From Geosiphon pyriformis uo1 (Eukaryota; Fungi; Glomeromycota), in NCBI GenBank assembly GCA_016748015.1, contig JAAOMT010000009.1:2291861-2355860 (forward strand): a stretch of DNA of 64,000 nt. The letters are read 5' to 3'. Positions 62,910 through 64,000 of this stretch are shown in pieces. Within the stretch, counting starts at the first letter, position 1, and each line of letters begins with the position of its first letter. Below the pieces are notes generated by a model, which ran no database searches, was not told the origin of the DNA, and saw only the letters and a program-made list of their open reading frames with translations. The translations under genes and the position numbers were made by a program.

Positions 62910-64000
62910 GCGCACCTCCAAAGGGTGAGAGTGTAAGCCAACCAGAAAAAAACCCCTTTTACGCTTTTAACTTAACTAATAATGACCATAACATGAATGA
63001 ACTAGCAATCAACACCTCAGAACCAACCAGAAAAAAGAAGAAAGCCAAGGTTGATTTCATTTTAGACCCCAACAAAGCCTCAACTTCTGCCATTGATAAC
63101 AATGAGCCATCAAAGGCTAAAGTTTTTAAGAATTCTCCAAAGTTGGAATCCCCAGAAATTGTACAAAAATCTGGACCCTATTCCGTTGTCAAAGATCTCA
63201 TGGAAACCCCAGCACATATTACTTTTGGCCAGTTAATAACCCACCCACAGTTCAGAAAAAATCTTCGCAAATCCTTGATCCTAAAGAAGAAGACACCAAA
63301 AATCAACAAGTGCTTTCACCAAGCTGGACTTGTTAACAACAGCAATGTTACCTCTCTGATTTGTAAAGCCCAAGTGGCTGAATACTTCATTGACTTAATT
63401 CTGGACAGTGGATCATCTGTTAGTGTCATTGCCAAACACTTCTTGGAAGCAATTGGTAGAAAGATTGATGAACCTTCCACCAGACCAATAACCAACGTAC
63501 ATGGTGACAAAAAAAAAGGACTGGGTATTGCCAAAGCTGTTCCTGTCCGCATCAATGGAATTAGCATTGAAACTGACATGGAAGTTTCTGAAGCCAAGGA
63601 ATACACCATTATTGTTGGCAATGAATGGCTCAAGAAAGCAAAAGCTTTGCTTAATTATAAACTTTGTGAATTAACCATCAGATGTAGTGAGAAACCCATT
63701 GTGGTTAAGTGTCGCCATTGGACAACTTCCCCAGTACTCAAACAAAACCAAGAAGAAGAACAATTAGATGAATCAGATGATGAAGAGAGCAATGAAGAAG
63801 AAGAACAAAAAGAGCAAGAAGAAACTGCTGAACTCACCTATACCACCTTCATCAGCAATGACAAACCACTGGATAATGTTAAAGCAGACAAAGAAGAAAT
63901 TATTGTAAATGGCAAGCTGATCTGCTGGCCTTATTATGATATTCTTAGAAGAACCTTTGAAAAAAAACCTGGCAAGAAAGCCAAATACAGTTTTTGTTGA
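62897..64000 (+). pseudogene. pol: pol of C2, N-terminal part (aspartic protease), in the -1 frame relative to gag
   Basis: Open from 62897. LILDSGSSVSVI and IIVGNEWL. Confidence 0.88.

Larger units (their letters stand above)
60628..64000 (+). mobile_element. Ty3/Gypsy family C copy C2, 5' part; continues beyond the right edge
   Basis: LTR, PBS, gag and protease in order. Confidence 0.92.

Overview
This is AT-rich eukaryotic DNA with no host gene. The whole 64 kb is a nested pile of decayed transposable elements. The protein style suggests an arbuscular-mycorrhizal or Glomeromycotina fungus such as Geosiphon (recollection, not verified). It contains Ty3/Gypsy LTR retrotransposons of three families, here called A, B-type and C. 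All have TGTTA...TAACA LTR ends and a PBS beginning TGGTGCT. It also contains two RNase H-bearing LINEs and one Tc1 (DD34E) DNA transposon. Order left to right: A1 5' half (1-2992, -); B-type LTR D split by Tc1 (3263-11421), which is itself split by full-length LINE1 (4293-11083); very decayed B2 (11686-18419, +); C1 fragment (18420-19616, -); A2 3' half (19617-24710, -); B1 (24711-34885, -); B3 (34886-54731, +), whose 3' LTR holds full-length A3 (44417-54524); LINE2 (54732-60627, -); C2 5' part (60628-64000, +). The most unusual feature is the A/B architecture: one Gag-PR-Cys-rich-dUTPase-RT-RNase H frame, then a stop, a non-coding spacer, a stand-alone integrase ORF and a conserved non-Env ORF3. 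Other notable signals are a -1 frameshift cassette in family C, a position-specific 5'/3' U5 difference in family A LTRs, and a probable GUG start for gag.
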